A DNA stretch of 39,675 bases, taken from positions 1-39,675 of the IMG/VR virus record IMGVR_UViG_3300042371_000261; one strand, 5' to 3'. The position numbers and the translations under genes were made by a program. Origin of the DNA: a virus. Taxonomy: Duplodnaviria; Caudoviricetes. Numbering within the stretch: position 1 is the first letter of the stretch; every line of letters starts with the position of its first letter. The notes beneath the pieces were generated by a model. It had not been told where the DNA came from. It was given only the letters and a program-made list of their open reading frames with translations, and did no database searches. Below are positions 8,378-17,788 of this stretch, in pieces.

Positions 8378-9640
8378 ATGGTCAATGTTAATTTACCACC
8401 AATTGAAGAGTCGAAGGTCGATTTTACGGTGGCGTTTAATGGTGTTGATGAGCAGAATACCAGAGAAATAACGATTCGTGAGATTACATTAGGAGAGAGC
8501 CTATTAACTCCAGGCCTTCAAACATCTGTGCTGGTAAACAGCTTCCTCCATGCCTCACCTGATGGCGAAGGTAAAGTTGGTCCTCCAAAGAATTATGATG
8601 ATTTCAAAAATAAAATGATGGAAATTAAGCTTGAAAGAAAGCTCCTTGATTTCTTTGGAATGGATACTACTCTAGATGTTTCTCAGAGAATATACCGAGT
8701 AGACCAACGTAAGCTATTAAATAACAGTAATGAACAATTCCGTATCCATGCGTGTGATGATAGCCTATTAAATGATGCCAGATCGCTTGTCAGTAAACCA
8801 TGGAAATGTACTGCTCCATCTAATATTGTTTCTGAAGTATTACGCACCTGCGCTGGTGTTAGAAACCTAGATGTAGAACCCAGCACACCAATCCGAGATT
8901 ATATTGCTGAGAATATTCATCCATTTCAGGTGGTAGCACAGCAGGCCAATGCTGCTCTAGCTAATGGTAATGACCCATCGTTTGTTCATTACATGACATA
9001 TAAAGACTTCGGTACACACCATTTCAGGTCAATTTATTCACTTACTAAAGAAGCACCACCAATTAATAAGCCATTCGTATTTGCTGAAACAGGCGCGGCC
9101 TCTGGTTATGGTAATCCACTTAGTATTATGACCTATAGTTTTCCATGTGATTTTGACCTATTATCTGATATTCTGAATGGTATTGATACAGATGGTAAAT
9201 TTATTAGCTCAGGTATCTTTGGCAATCTTCTTGGCGGTTTCTTTAGTTTATTAGGCAATCAATCTACCGGTTGCGGATTAGGCGGTGGTAATATGAATAT
9301 TGGTAAGACTAATTACAATACAGAAAAAGCTCAAGACCAGTGCCCGTCAGAAATTGAGAAATATCTATTAAAAAGACAGGCTAGAATGTCATTACTAGAA
9401 CAAGACAAAATAGCTCTATCTCTCACAGTACCATGGAATCCAATGCTTCACGCTGGTAAAATGATCGATGTTGAGCTACCTAGAAAAGGCGTCGAAGCTT
9501 CTGCTGGGCGCGAAGATAAATTACTATATGGTTCTGGTAGATATTTAATTGTTAATTTAACTCATTCGATTAAAAATGGTGGTTTCTCGACAACTACTAT
9601 GGAATGTGTAGCGCAGACAGCAGGGCAGGGAATAGTATAA
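8378..9640 (+). CDS. Putative baseplate hub protein (gp27-like)
   Basis: Located between gp53 and gp5; C-terminal LTVPWNP.LHAG..I and SGRYLIVNLTH motifs are typical of the hub fold. Confidence 0.6.
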   Translation: MVNVNLPPIEESKVDFTVAFNGVDEQNTREITIREITLGESLLTPGLQTSVLVNSFLHASPDGEGKVGPPKNYDDFKNKMMEIKLERKLLDFFGMDTTLDVSQRIYRVDQRKLLNNSNEQFRIHACDDSLLNDARSLVSKPWKCTAPSNIVSEVLRTCAGVRNLDVEPSTPIRDYIAENIHPFQVVAQQANAALANGNDPSFVHYMTYKDFGTHHFRSIYSLTKEAPPINKPFVFAETGAASGYGNPLSIMTYSFPCDFDLLSDILNGIDTDGKFISSGIFGNLLGGFFSLLGNQSTGCGLGGGNMNIGKTNYNTEKAQDQCPSEIEKYLLKRQARMSLLEQDKIALSLTVPWNPMLHAGKMIDVELPRKGVEASAGREDKLLYGSGRYLIVNLTHSIKNGGFSTTTMECVAQTAGQGIV

Positions 9641-9641
9641 T

Positions 9642-10892
9642 ATGAGTAGACCAAAAGATCCTACAACAGAAAATAGCTTATTATGTGGTATATGTGTCGG
9701 TGGACATGATGCGGATCCAGATCCAAACCAAAATGGACTATGCCGAGTTTATTTGCCACAAGTCCACGGTGATAATGTAAAAGAAGGTGATCTAGGTTTT
9801 TCTGTCGTAGTTATGCCTCCAAATCAGGCCGGTGCTACTCAGTTTAATGGAGTGGTAGATCCTGGTCAAGCTTTATTGTGTATGAAGAACGGGCCGCCAG
9901 GCGATTCCACATTGATTGTTCTCGGTTCAATACCAACAAATAGACAAGACGGCGGTATGAAGGGTAATAGAAATTTAATGGAGTTTAATGCTCCTAAAAA
10001 AGCGGGTGCTACCGAATTAAATATTAGTATTCCACCAAATGTTAAAGAGGTAACGTCAGGCGGCACTCGAATTCGTCAAATACAAGAAAAAGGGCAGAGA
10101 CATAAGCATGACCTATTGAGAGGTATTCCATCTCACGGAGCATCATATAATCTAGCTGGTATGCCATTAAAACAAATAAACAGCGTTTCTACGGCCACAC
10201 AGTCTTTCAGTAATATTCTGACTGGTTCTATGCTTTCTGGTTTACCTGGTGCTAATTTCTCAGTTGGTTCTATTTTATCATCGCTTACCTCATCCGTAGC
10301 TGACGAATTATTATCTTCATTATCACCTGAATTAGCTCAGGGTATACAGAGTATGTTTAATTTAATGCAATCAATGGAAGTATCTGAGGGTGGTGGCTTT
10401 GCTACAGCGGGTAAGGTAGATCCAACTACATACTTGGCCAATGCCGTTTCTCTATTAAAAGGTAATCAGTCTCTTGGTGAAATAATTACCAATATGCAAC
10501 GCCTTCAATATGACACTTCATTATTTGGTCTAGATAAATTGGCCTCTACACCATTTACTATTCCTACCGCTTTTGGTGATATATCTATGGATCTATCTGC
10601 TACTGGAGCAATTAAGATAACAACTCCGGAGGCTGTACAGAAATCAATTGATGCGTTTGGTAGTTTAATGTCTTCTGGTGCTGGTTTTCCTGGTGCTTCT
10701 CTTGGTAATATGTTTGGCAATTCTTCTAAGGTTATGTCCGATATGTTTAATAGACTGCCGCCCGAATCGCAGACAGTAGCAAAGAGTATGATGGAAAAAG
10801 TAATTGCTCCAGGTACCAAGGCTCAGACACTATTAAATAGAACAAATCAATTAGCACACCAAGCAACTAATATTTTTTCAGTATTAACATAA
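9642..10892 (+). CDS. gp5 N-terminal (OB-fold-like) protein with a novel C-terminal region
   Basis: GICVGG..DPDPNQNGLCRVYLPQVHG resembles the gp5 OB-fold motif (GVV...DP..GRVRV..H); no lysozyme motif is visible. Confidence 0.55.
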   Translation: MSRPKDPTTENSLLCGICVGGHDADPDPNQNGLCRVYLPQVHGDNVKEGDLGFSVVVMPPNQAGATQFNGVVDPGQALLCMKNGPPGDSTLIVLGSIPTNRQDGGMKGNRNLMEFNAPKKAGATELNISIPPNVKEVTSGGTRIRQIQEKGQRHKHDLLRGIPSHGASYNLAGMPLKQINSVSTATQSFSNILTGSMLSGLPGANFSVGSILSSLTSSVADELLSSLSPELAQGIQSMFNLMQSMEVSEGGGFATAGKVDPTTYLANAVSLLKGNQSLGEIITNMQRLQYDTSLFGLDKLASTPFTIPTAFGDISMDLSATGAIKITTPEAVQKSIDAFGSLMSSGAGFPGASLGNMFGNSSKVMSDMFNRLPPESQTVAKSMMEKVIAPGTKAQTLLNRTNQLAHQATNIFSVLT

Positions 10893-10906
10893 GAAAGTGA
10901 TGAATA

Positions 10907-11722
10907 ATGGGCGTTTATAAACCACCAGGCAATCCTAAGAATGTAACACCAACTGATTGGTCTGGTCCGCCAGATGCTAGAGATACTGGTGGTGAATATC
11001 CAAATTATAATGTAATAGCCAAGACTAAATCAGGTCATGTCATTATGACTGATGACACCAAAGGTAGTGAGCATGTAACTATTCAACACCGCGGCGGTTC
11101 TATGATCCAATTTATGCCTGATGGTGCTATATCATTTGGCGCACAGAATGGAATGTATCAGATTATATTTGGTGAGAATAGAATGCTCATCACTGGCGCT
11201 CAGGATATTACTGTTCAAGGCGGTGGTAGCTTATATGTAAAAGGCGATTATAATATGACTGTGGAAGGTAATCATAATACCACCGTCGTTGGCGATATGA
11301 ACTTGACAGCTAAGAATTTAAATCAAACAATTCGTGGTAATATGGACACTACTGCCAAGGAAATGTCTACTAATATTGAGGGATCAAGTAAGATTACATC
11401 TCAAGGTATTACCTCTATTGTATCTGATGGCGGCCTATCTCTAGTGTCTACCAGTGATTCCGTAGCTCTTGGCGCAAAACAAAGCGTCGGAATTAAATCA
11501 GGTAGAAAAATGATGATAGAAGCTGGAAGCAGTATGCATGTTAAATCTGATACCGCCATGAACCTACAGACCGGTGCGAAGTTATCACTAAAAGCTGGCT
11601 CTATTGCTGCTGATGGTTCCGATGGCGCACCTAATATTCTACTTGCTTCTGGTGCTTCTGTCGATGCCGATTCTACCGAAGTATCATTTAAGAAACCAAC
11701 ATCACCTGCTAGAGAAACATAA
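10907..11722 (+). CDS. gp5 C-terminal-like central spike (beta-helix)
   Basis: YPNYNV..TKSGH..TDDTKGSE....HRGGS followed by V.G.....V.G 8-residue beta-helix repeats. Confidence 0.8.
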   Translation: MGVYKPPGNPKNVTPTDWSGPPDARDTGGEYPNYNVIAKTKSGHVIMTDDTKGSEHVTIQHRGGSMIQFMPDGAISFGAQNGMYQIIFGENRMLITGAQDITVQGGGSLYVKGDYNMTVEGNHNTTVVGDMNLTAKNLNQTIRGNMDTTAKEMSTNIEGSSKITSQGITSIVSDGGLSLVSTSDSVALGAKQSVGIKSGRKMMIEAGSSMHVKSDTAMNLQTGAKLSLKAGSIAADGSDGAPNILLASGASVDADSTEVSFKKPTSPARET

Positions 11723-11725
11723 ATA
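11718..11725 (+). promoter_or_regulatory. Late-type promoter before gp25
   Basis: CATAAATA immediately upstream of the gp25 ATG. Confidence 0.55.
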
Positions 11726-11730
11726 ATCAC

Positions 11731-12138
11731 ATGGCACAACCAATAGTAGTTTCAAGATCACCAGACTATTCCGATTTAGATTTGGATTTCATAGCACATC
11801 CCACAACAAAGGATGTGACTATTAAGACTGGCGCGGATGCTATCAAGCGTTCGGTTCGCAATCTTATTCTCACAAATTTCTATGAAAAACCTTTTAGACA
11901 TGGTGTTGGTTCTAACGCAGTTAAATTACTATTCGATAATATGTCTCCGCTTGTTTCTAATTTCTTAGAGAACGCTATATATGAAGTCATTCAAAACTAT
12001 GAACCACGTGTGGAAATTATAAAAGTTACAGTCCAACCAGATTACGATAACAATGGATACACAGCAAGACTTGACTTTATTGTTCTCAATAGAAATCAGC
12101 CACTGACCACCACCATATTTCTAGAAAGAGTCCGCTAA
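11731..12138 (+). CDS. gp25: gp25-like baseplate wedge / sheath initiator
   Basis: YSDLDLDF..HP...D...AIKRSVRNLILT...EKPF..GS...LLF, YEPRV. Confidence 0.93.
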   Translation: MAQPIVVSRSPDYSDLDLDFIAHPTTKDVTIKTGADAIKRSVRNLILTNFYEKPFRHGVGSNAVKLLFDNMSPLVSNFLENAIYEVIQNYEPRVEIIKVTVQPDYDNNGYTARLDFIVLNRNQPLTTTIFLERVR

Positions 12139-14210
12139 TGGCAGCTAATACAACGCTAACAGTTACCGATCTTGATTTTGATTCAATCAAGAACAACCTC
12201 AAGACATTCCTAAGAAGCCAGTCACAATTCCAGGACTTTGACTTTGAAGGTTCAGGCATGAGTGTTTTGCTGGATCTTCTAGCATACAATACTCACTATA
12301 ATGCCTTCTACCTGAATATGATTGCCAATGAAATGTTCCTTGACACTTCGAAGCTGCGCCAGTCTACCGTATCTCATGCCAAGCTAATCAATTACGTGCC
12401 AGAAAGTAGTCATGGCGCGGAGGCCAAGCTTAACATTAGAGTGACTCCCTCAACAAGTGAGGATCAAAATACCAGCAGTCTAACGTTAGACAAGTATACC
12501 AGGCTCTTTGGCGGCGCCCTTGATGGTGTTAATTATCCATTTGTTGTCTTGGATTCTTATACAGTTAATAAAGATGGGAATTCATTTTTATTCAGCAATG
12601 TTACCATTAAACAAGGTGAAGTTGTTACTCGCCAGTTCCTAATGGATCCAACAAACACCAAGAGAAGATTTGAAATTCCTTCAGAAAATATCGATCTCAA
12701 TACAGTAATTGTTACTGTTCAGGAGTCAGCAGCAAGTACCAATACCTCTGTTTATAATATCGCAGAAGACTTGACTGAAATCACAAGAGATTCGAAGGTA
12801 TACTTTATTGAAGAAAATGAAGATGGAAATTATAGAATATACTTTGGTGATGATGTAATCGGTAAGAAGCCAACAAATGGCAATATAATCAACGTTACCT
12901 ACATCGATACATTGGGTTCTATCGGCAACAAGATATCATCATTTTCCATGGCAAACACTATTGGTGGATTATATAATGATAATGTTAGCGTATCTTCTAC
13001 CAGCTCGTCCTATTCTGGATCGGAAAAAGAAACAATTGAGCAGGTCAAGTACCGCGCACCATATTTCTACTCAGCACAGAACCGCGCTATCACCACATAT
13101 GACTATGAAACACTAATTACCAAAGACTATCCAAACATTGATTCGGTAGCTGTATGGGGTGGTGAAGACAATGTTCCTGTTGTTTATGGTAAGGTATTCT
13201 TATCACTGAAGACTAAGGAAAACTTCTTTCTAACCAATTTGGAAAAAGAAAACATTAAGAACACTTTGATTGAAAACAGAAATGTTTTAACTGTTACGCC
13301 TGAAATTATTGATCCTTCGTATACATATATCCTTGTTCGCGGATCAGCATACTACGATGCAACTTTAACTCAATATTCAGCGGCTCAAATTAGAAGCTTT
13401 GTTGTGGCTTCTATTGAAGATTACAAGACAGATTATCTTGGTAAGTTCAAGTCTGGCTTTCAAAAGTCGGTAATACAACAGTATATTCAGGACTCAGAAA
13501 AATCTATCACTGGTTCCGATATCAAAGTTATACTCCAAAAGAGAGTTCCGATCACTCTAAATCAAACAAAAAGCTATACGGTTGACTTTGGAGTACCTAT
13601 AAAAAAAGGCGATTTCAATAGCTCGATTTCATCTTATCCTTCATTAGGTATTGTCGATACAAACTTTATCACAAGGCAAGTATTTTTCGAAGAAGTGCCA
13701 TCAATAAACTCTGGTATTGAGAAAATTGATATTATAAATGGTGGTGTAAACTATACTACAGTTCCAACAGTTACTATTGTCGGTGATGGCACAGGCGCAA
13801 CAGGTATAGCTAAAATCTATGGTGGTAGAGTGACTTCAATCGAAATGACAAATAGAGGTTCTAACTATACAAGAGCCTCTGTGTCAATATCAGGAGAGAC
13901 AGGAATAGGCGTAGTTGTAGAACCTATTCTCCAATCTCGCATTGGCACTCTTAGAACATATTATCTAAATGAAAGTGGAGAAAAGATATTCGTTAATAGT
14001 AATGCTGGAACAATAGACTACGATAATGGTATTATTGTTCTTACATCGTTGTTGCCAGTGTCAGTAGCTTCAAATGCTTATTATGAACCAAATGTATTGA
14101 CGATAAATACATTTGTAGAAAAAGAAATTATTACCTCTATCCGAAATAAGATTATAGACATTGATGTTGATAATCCACTCTCATATCAAATAGAAATTGT
14201 TTCAGCATAA
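12138..14210 (+). CDS. gp6: gp6-like baseplate wedge subunit
   Basis: LDFDSIKNNLK.FL..Q..F.DFDFEGSGMS.LLD.LAYNTHY, YFGDDV.GK and QNRAIT..DY. Confidence 0.95.
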   Translation: MAANTTLTVTDLDFDSIKNNLKTFLRSQSQFQDFDFEGSGMSVLLDLLAYNTHYNAFYLNMIANEMFLDTSKLRQSTVSHAKLINYVPESSHGAEAKLNIRVTPSTSEDQNTSSLTLDKYTRLFGGALDGVNYPFVVLDSYTVNKDGNSFLFSNVTIKQGEVVTRQFLMDPTNTKRRFEIPSENIDLNTVIVTVQESAASTNTSVYNIAEDLTEITRDSKVYFIEENEDGNYRIYFGDDVIGKKPTNGNIINVTYIDTLGSIGNKISSFSMANTIGGLYNDNVSVSSTSSSYSGSEKETIEQVKYRAPYFYSAQNRAITTYDYETLITKDYPNIDSVAVWGGEDNVPVVYGKVFLSLKTKENFFLTNLEKENIKNTLIENRNVLTVTPEIIDPSYTYILVRGSAYYDATLTQYSAAQIRSFVVASIEDYKTDYLGKFKSGFQKSVIQQYIQDSEKSITGSDIKVILQKRVPITLNQTKSYTVDFGVPIKKGDFNSSISSYPSLGIVDTNFITRQVFFEEVPSINSGIEKIDIINGGVNYTTVPTVTIVGDGTGATGIAKIYGGRVTSIEMTNRGSNYTRASVSISGETGIGVVVEPILQSRIGTLRTYYLNESGEKIFVNSNAGTIDYDNGIIVLTSLLPVSVASNAYYEPNVLTINTFVEKEIITSIRNKIIDIDVDNPLSYQIEIVSA

Positions 14211-14213
14211 AAG

Positions 14214-16400
14214 ATGATCAGCAACAACAAAATATCAAATCTAGTCGCGTCTCAAGTTCCATTCTTTGTTAGGAATGACCATGAAAACTTCATTGCTTTT
14301 GTGGAAGCTTACTATGAGTTCCTAGAACAGCAAACGGGTGTTGTGAATGTCTCTAAGAACCTATTAGATCAAGCAGATGTTGACTTGACTGATATCTTTG
14401 TTGAGAAGTTCTACGATAACTTTCTTCCATTTATTCCAAAAAATACTGCTGTAGATAAAACTCTCATTATAAAACACATCAAGGATTTCTATCGTTCTAG
14501 AGGTACCGAGAAATCTATTCGATTCCTTATGAGAATCTTGTTCGATGAAGATGTGGAGTTCTATTATCCACAAAAAGACGTTCTGAAAGTCTCTGACGGC
14601 AAATGGTTCCAAGAAAAATCTGTTAAAATTACAAATATAAGAGTTGAAGGTATTGCCAATAATGAATTAGGCATAGAAACTAAATTCATTAACAGAAGAA
14701 TTACAGGCGATACTTCAAATGCCTATGCGCTAGTTGAAAGAACTTCATCATACTACGAAGGCACTTCTCTTGTTCGTGAACTCAAATTATCAAATCAATA
14801 TAGAGATTTTGGTTCAGGCGAAAGTATAACTACAACATTTTCTGAGGGCGACACTGAAAAAACAATTACTGCTGATCTATTCTCTGGCGGTATCAATACT
14901 ATTGAACTTACCAATGGTGGAACGAGATATCAAATCGGTGATCAGGTAATAATTGAGAGTGAAACGGGCAGTGGTGCGGAAATTATTGTTTCGTCTGTTA
15001 GCAGCGGTAACTTGACATCCATTGCTGCTCTAAACGGCGGCGCTGGATTTCAAGTAGGAAATCAAGTTCTAATTACTGGCGGTGGCGGTACAGGCGCAAA
15101 TGCTAACGTTACTACTGTTTCAGCAGATAATTTCTATCATCCTAATTCATACAATATTATCTATACTACTATAGAATCGATAGCAAGTGCAAATATCAAT
15201 AACGTTAACTATGGTCTGTATTTCTCTGGATTTACAAATCCTGCTAATGCTAACACTACACTAGCAAACTCTCTTTCTTACTTTGTTTATGCTAACACTG
15301 GCCCAATTACAAGCGTTCTTCTATACAATCTGGGTTCTGGTTATCTATCTTCTCCTTCAATCACTGCTCAAGCTAATACAAGAGTAAGAAATCTTGGTAT
15401 TCTCGGTAAAATGAGAATTGTTAATGGCGGTACTGGATACTATATTGGAGACAAAATCGAGTTTATAAATGTTCCTGGTGGAGTTGGATCGGGTGCAAAT
15501 GCCATAGTTAGTAATGTTGACACATCACAGTCTAATACAATCAGTGCTGTAAGATTTGTAAACGTTCCTGGTCAAATTACTGGCGGTTCTGGATACGATC
15601 AACTCTTTTTACCAAGAGCTAATGTTATATCATCAAATGTTTTAGCCTCTAATGCTAGTATTGAAGTTACAGCCGTTCTCGGATCAGGAGAAACTTTATA
15701 TTCCGCTAACTCAATACAAGGTAAAATTTTAAGTTTACAAATCTTACAGAGTGGTATAGGATATACAACTGCACCCACTTTAAATCTTACACAATCTGGT
15801 GATGGAACTGCTCAGGCTGTGGCAACAATCATCACGGGAGCATTTACCTATCCTGGTAGATATCTAAATGATGATGGGCACATTTCATCATATAACTTTA
15901 TTCAAGATAGAGACTATTACCAGAAATTCTCTTATGTCGTTAAAGTGAGAGAATCTATAGATAAGTACCGCTCGGTTCTTAAAAATCTAATACATCCTGC
16001 TGGAATGAAGCTATTTGGCGAGTATGTAACGATAGATGAAGGAGCAAATCTAAACATACCTATCAGAGAAACATCCGATAATCTAGTTTCAACTACAACA
16101 AGAACATATCGTTTTGAAACTGGAAATGTATATATTAACTACACTTCTCATGGATTACAAACAGGCAATACAGTATATCTGGACTGGATAACTGGTAATT
16201 TGGCTGCTGGTAATGTAACGACAGCACATCCATATGATAGTATCAAGGGACCGTATGCGGTCAAGACAGTGGTTAATTCAAATCAGTTCATCGTCAATAC
16301 TGTTCAATACATAGCAAATACCAGCAATCTAACATATCTAGCCAATATCCTTCTTCCTAATACATCAGGAACAGTAAATGTTGGCAAAGTTATATACTAA
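14214..16400 (+). CDS. gp7: gp7-like baseplate wedge initiator
   Basis: Q.P.FV...F..F.EAYYEFLE, IKDFYRSRGTEKS..FL and C-terminal IQDRDYYQKFSYVVK...LIHPAG.KLFGE. Confidence 0.85.
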   Translation: MISNNKISNLVASQVPFFVRNDHENFIAFVEAYYEFLEQQTGVVNVSKNLLDQADVDLTDIFVEKFYDNFLPFIPKNTAVDKTLIIKHIKDFYRSRGTEKSIRFLMRILFDEDVEFYYPQKDVLKVSDGKWFQEKSVKITNIRVEGIANNELGIETKFINRRITGDTSNAYALVERTSSYYEGTSLVRELKLSNQYRDFGSGESITTTFSEGDTEKTITADLFSGGINTIELTNGGTRYQIGDQVIIESETGSGAEIIVSSVSSGNLTSIAALNGGAGFQVGNQVLITGGGGTGANANVTTVSADNFYHPNSYNIIYTTIESIASANINNVNYGLYFSGFTNPANANTTLANSLSYFVYANTGPITSVLLYNLGSGYLSSPSITAQANTRVRNLGILGKMRIVNGGTGYYIGDKIEFINVPGGVGSGANAIVSNVDTSQSNTISAVRFVNVPGQITGGSGYDQLFLPRANVISSNVLASNASIEVTAVLGSGETLYSANSIQGKILSLQILQSGIGYTTAPTLNLTQSGDGTAQAVATIITGAFTYPGRYLNDDGHISSYNFIQDRDYYQKFSYVVKVRESIDKYRSVLKNLIHPAGMKLFGEYVTIDEGANLNIPIRETSDNLVSTTTRTYRFETGNVYINYTSHGLQTGNTVYLDWITGNLAAGNVTTAHPYDSIKGPYAVKTVVNSNQFIVNTVQYIANTSNLTYLANILLPNTSGTVNVGKVIY

Positions 16401-16403
16401 ATA
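16396..16403 (+). promoter_or_regulatory. Late-type promoter before gp8
   Basis: ACTAAATA 20 nt upstream of the ATG. Confidence 0.55.
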
Positions 16404-16422
16404 GTACAAAATAGGAAAAGAA

Positions 16423-17763
16423 ATGGTTTCGATATACACCAAAAGTACGCAAATATTTAATGCCGAAAATTTTAAGGCATCGGTTGGAGATGCCAGTGAA
16501 CCATATGTGTACTTTACATTCGGTAAGGTAGAACCGTGGCCAAGTATAATTAATCCTCCTCAAGAAGATCCTCCTTCTCAGGCTAATAGTTCTGTTGCTA
16601 CATTCAATCAAGTTTGGAAAAATATGATGGGTGCCAAGAAGATTGTTGGTAATGATGTTCGATTAGCTATTCGCAGATTTGATTGGGTATCAGGAACAGT
16701 TTATGATGAATATGATGATTCTGAAGCAAACTTAGATATGAATGATCCTGACGTTAAGTTTTATGTTCTTACTGATGAATGGAATGTATATAAATGTCTA
16801 GGCAATAATAATGGCGGCGTATCGACAGTTAAGCCAACAACTATCAATACATACATTGCCGAACGAGTGGCCGATAAGTATATCTGGAAATATATGTATA
16901 CCCTTTCGGACGAAGAAAAGCTTCGTTTTACGACAGAGAATTATATCCCAGTTCGCACATTAACAGAAGACAACGGAACATTACAGTGGCACGTTCAAAA
17001 TAGTGCTGTACAAGGATCTATTGGATCAATAAAGATTGTAGACACAGGATCTGGTTATTTAACTACTCCTACGATTACCATTACAGGTGATGGTACAGGT
17101 GCCGAAGCTGCCGCAACTCTTAATGTAACCACATCTGGTATAGAAAGTATTCTTATAACTAATAAGGGTCAGAATTACACATATGCTAATGTTGCTATAA
17201 TTTCTGCTATTGGTAGCGGAGCAAACGCAAGAGCTATCATGAGTCCTACAGGCGGCCACGGTGCTGATCCTGTAGAAGAACTTGGAGGATCTTTTGTTAT
17301 GATTAATCCAAGATTAAGAGGATCAGAATCGGGTATTTTTGATACTCAAAACGAAATTAGACAGATAGCATTAATTAAAAACCCTGTATTGAGAGATGGT
17401 GTTACAATAGCTTCTGGAATTGTATATTCTCAGACAACAACAGTAGAAGTAGAACCTACAGGTGATAATTATATAGAAGATGAATATGTTTTCCAAGGAG
17501 CAAGTTTATCTGCTGCTTCATTTAAAGGTAGAGTTGTAAGCTGGAATTCAGCACAAAATCTTTTAAATTTGATAGATGTGTCTGGAACTTTAACAACCGA
17601 TGGATTAACAGGCGATACTTCAAAAGCTTCCCGTCTGGTTTTAGATAGCATTGACAAAGCTTTTACTCCATATACAGGAACTTTATTGTACATAAATAAT
17701 ATAGCACCAATTCAAAGAGCTACAGATCAGACAGAAGACTTTAAGATCGTGGTTTCATTTTAA
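16423..17763 (+). CDS. gp8: gp8-like baseplate wedge subunit
   Basis: RFDWVSGTVYDEY, FYVLTDEWNVYKCL.N, YIWKYMY, GHGADP..ELG and R...QTED.KIV..F. Confidence 0.9.
   Translation: MVSIYTKSTQIFNAENFKASVGDASEPYVYFTFGKVEPWPSIINPPQEDPPSQANSSVATFNQVWKNMMGAKKIVGNDVRLAIRRFDWVSGTVYDEYDDSEANLDMNDPDVKFYVLTDEWNVYKCLGNNNGGVSTVKPTTINTYIAERVADKYIWKYMYTLSDEEKLRFTTENYIPVRTLTEDNGTLQWHVQNSAVQGSIGSIKIVDTGSGYLTTPTITITGDGTGAEAAATLNVTTSGIESILITNKGQNYTYANVAIISAIGSGANARAIMSPTGGHGADPVEELGGSFVMINPRLRGSESGIFDTQNEIRQIALIKNPVLRDGVTIASGIVYSQTTTVEVEPTGDNYIEDEYVFQGASLSAASFKGRVVSWNSAQNLLNLIDVSGTLTTDGLTGDTSKASRLVLDSIDKAFTPYTGTLLYINNIAPIQRATDQTEDFKIVVSF
17691..17698 (+). promoter_or_regulatory. Late-type promoter before the giant structural gene
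   Basis: CATAAATA within the 3' end of gp8, about 90 nt upstream of the ATG at 17789. Confidence 0.45.
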
Positions 17764-17788
17764 TCCCAGTGAAGAGGAAAAAGACTAA

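Noticed and set aside
17651-17680. TTGACA inside gp8
   Set aside because: No -10 element at 16-18 bp spacing.
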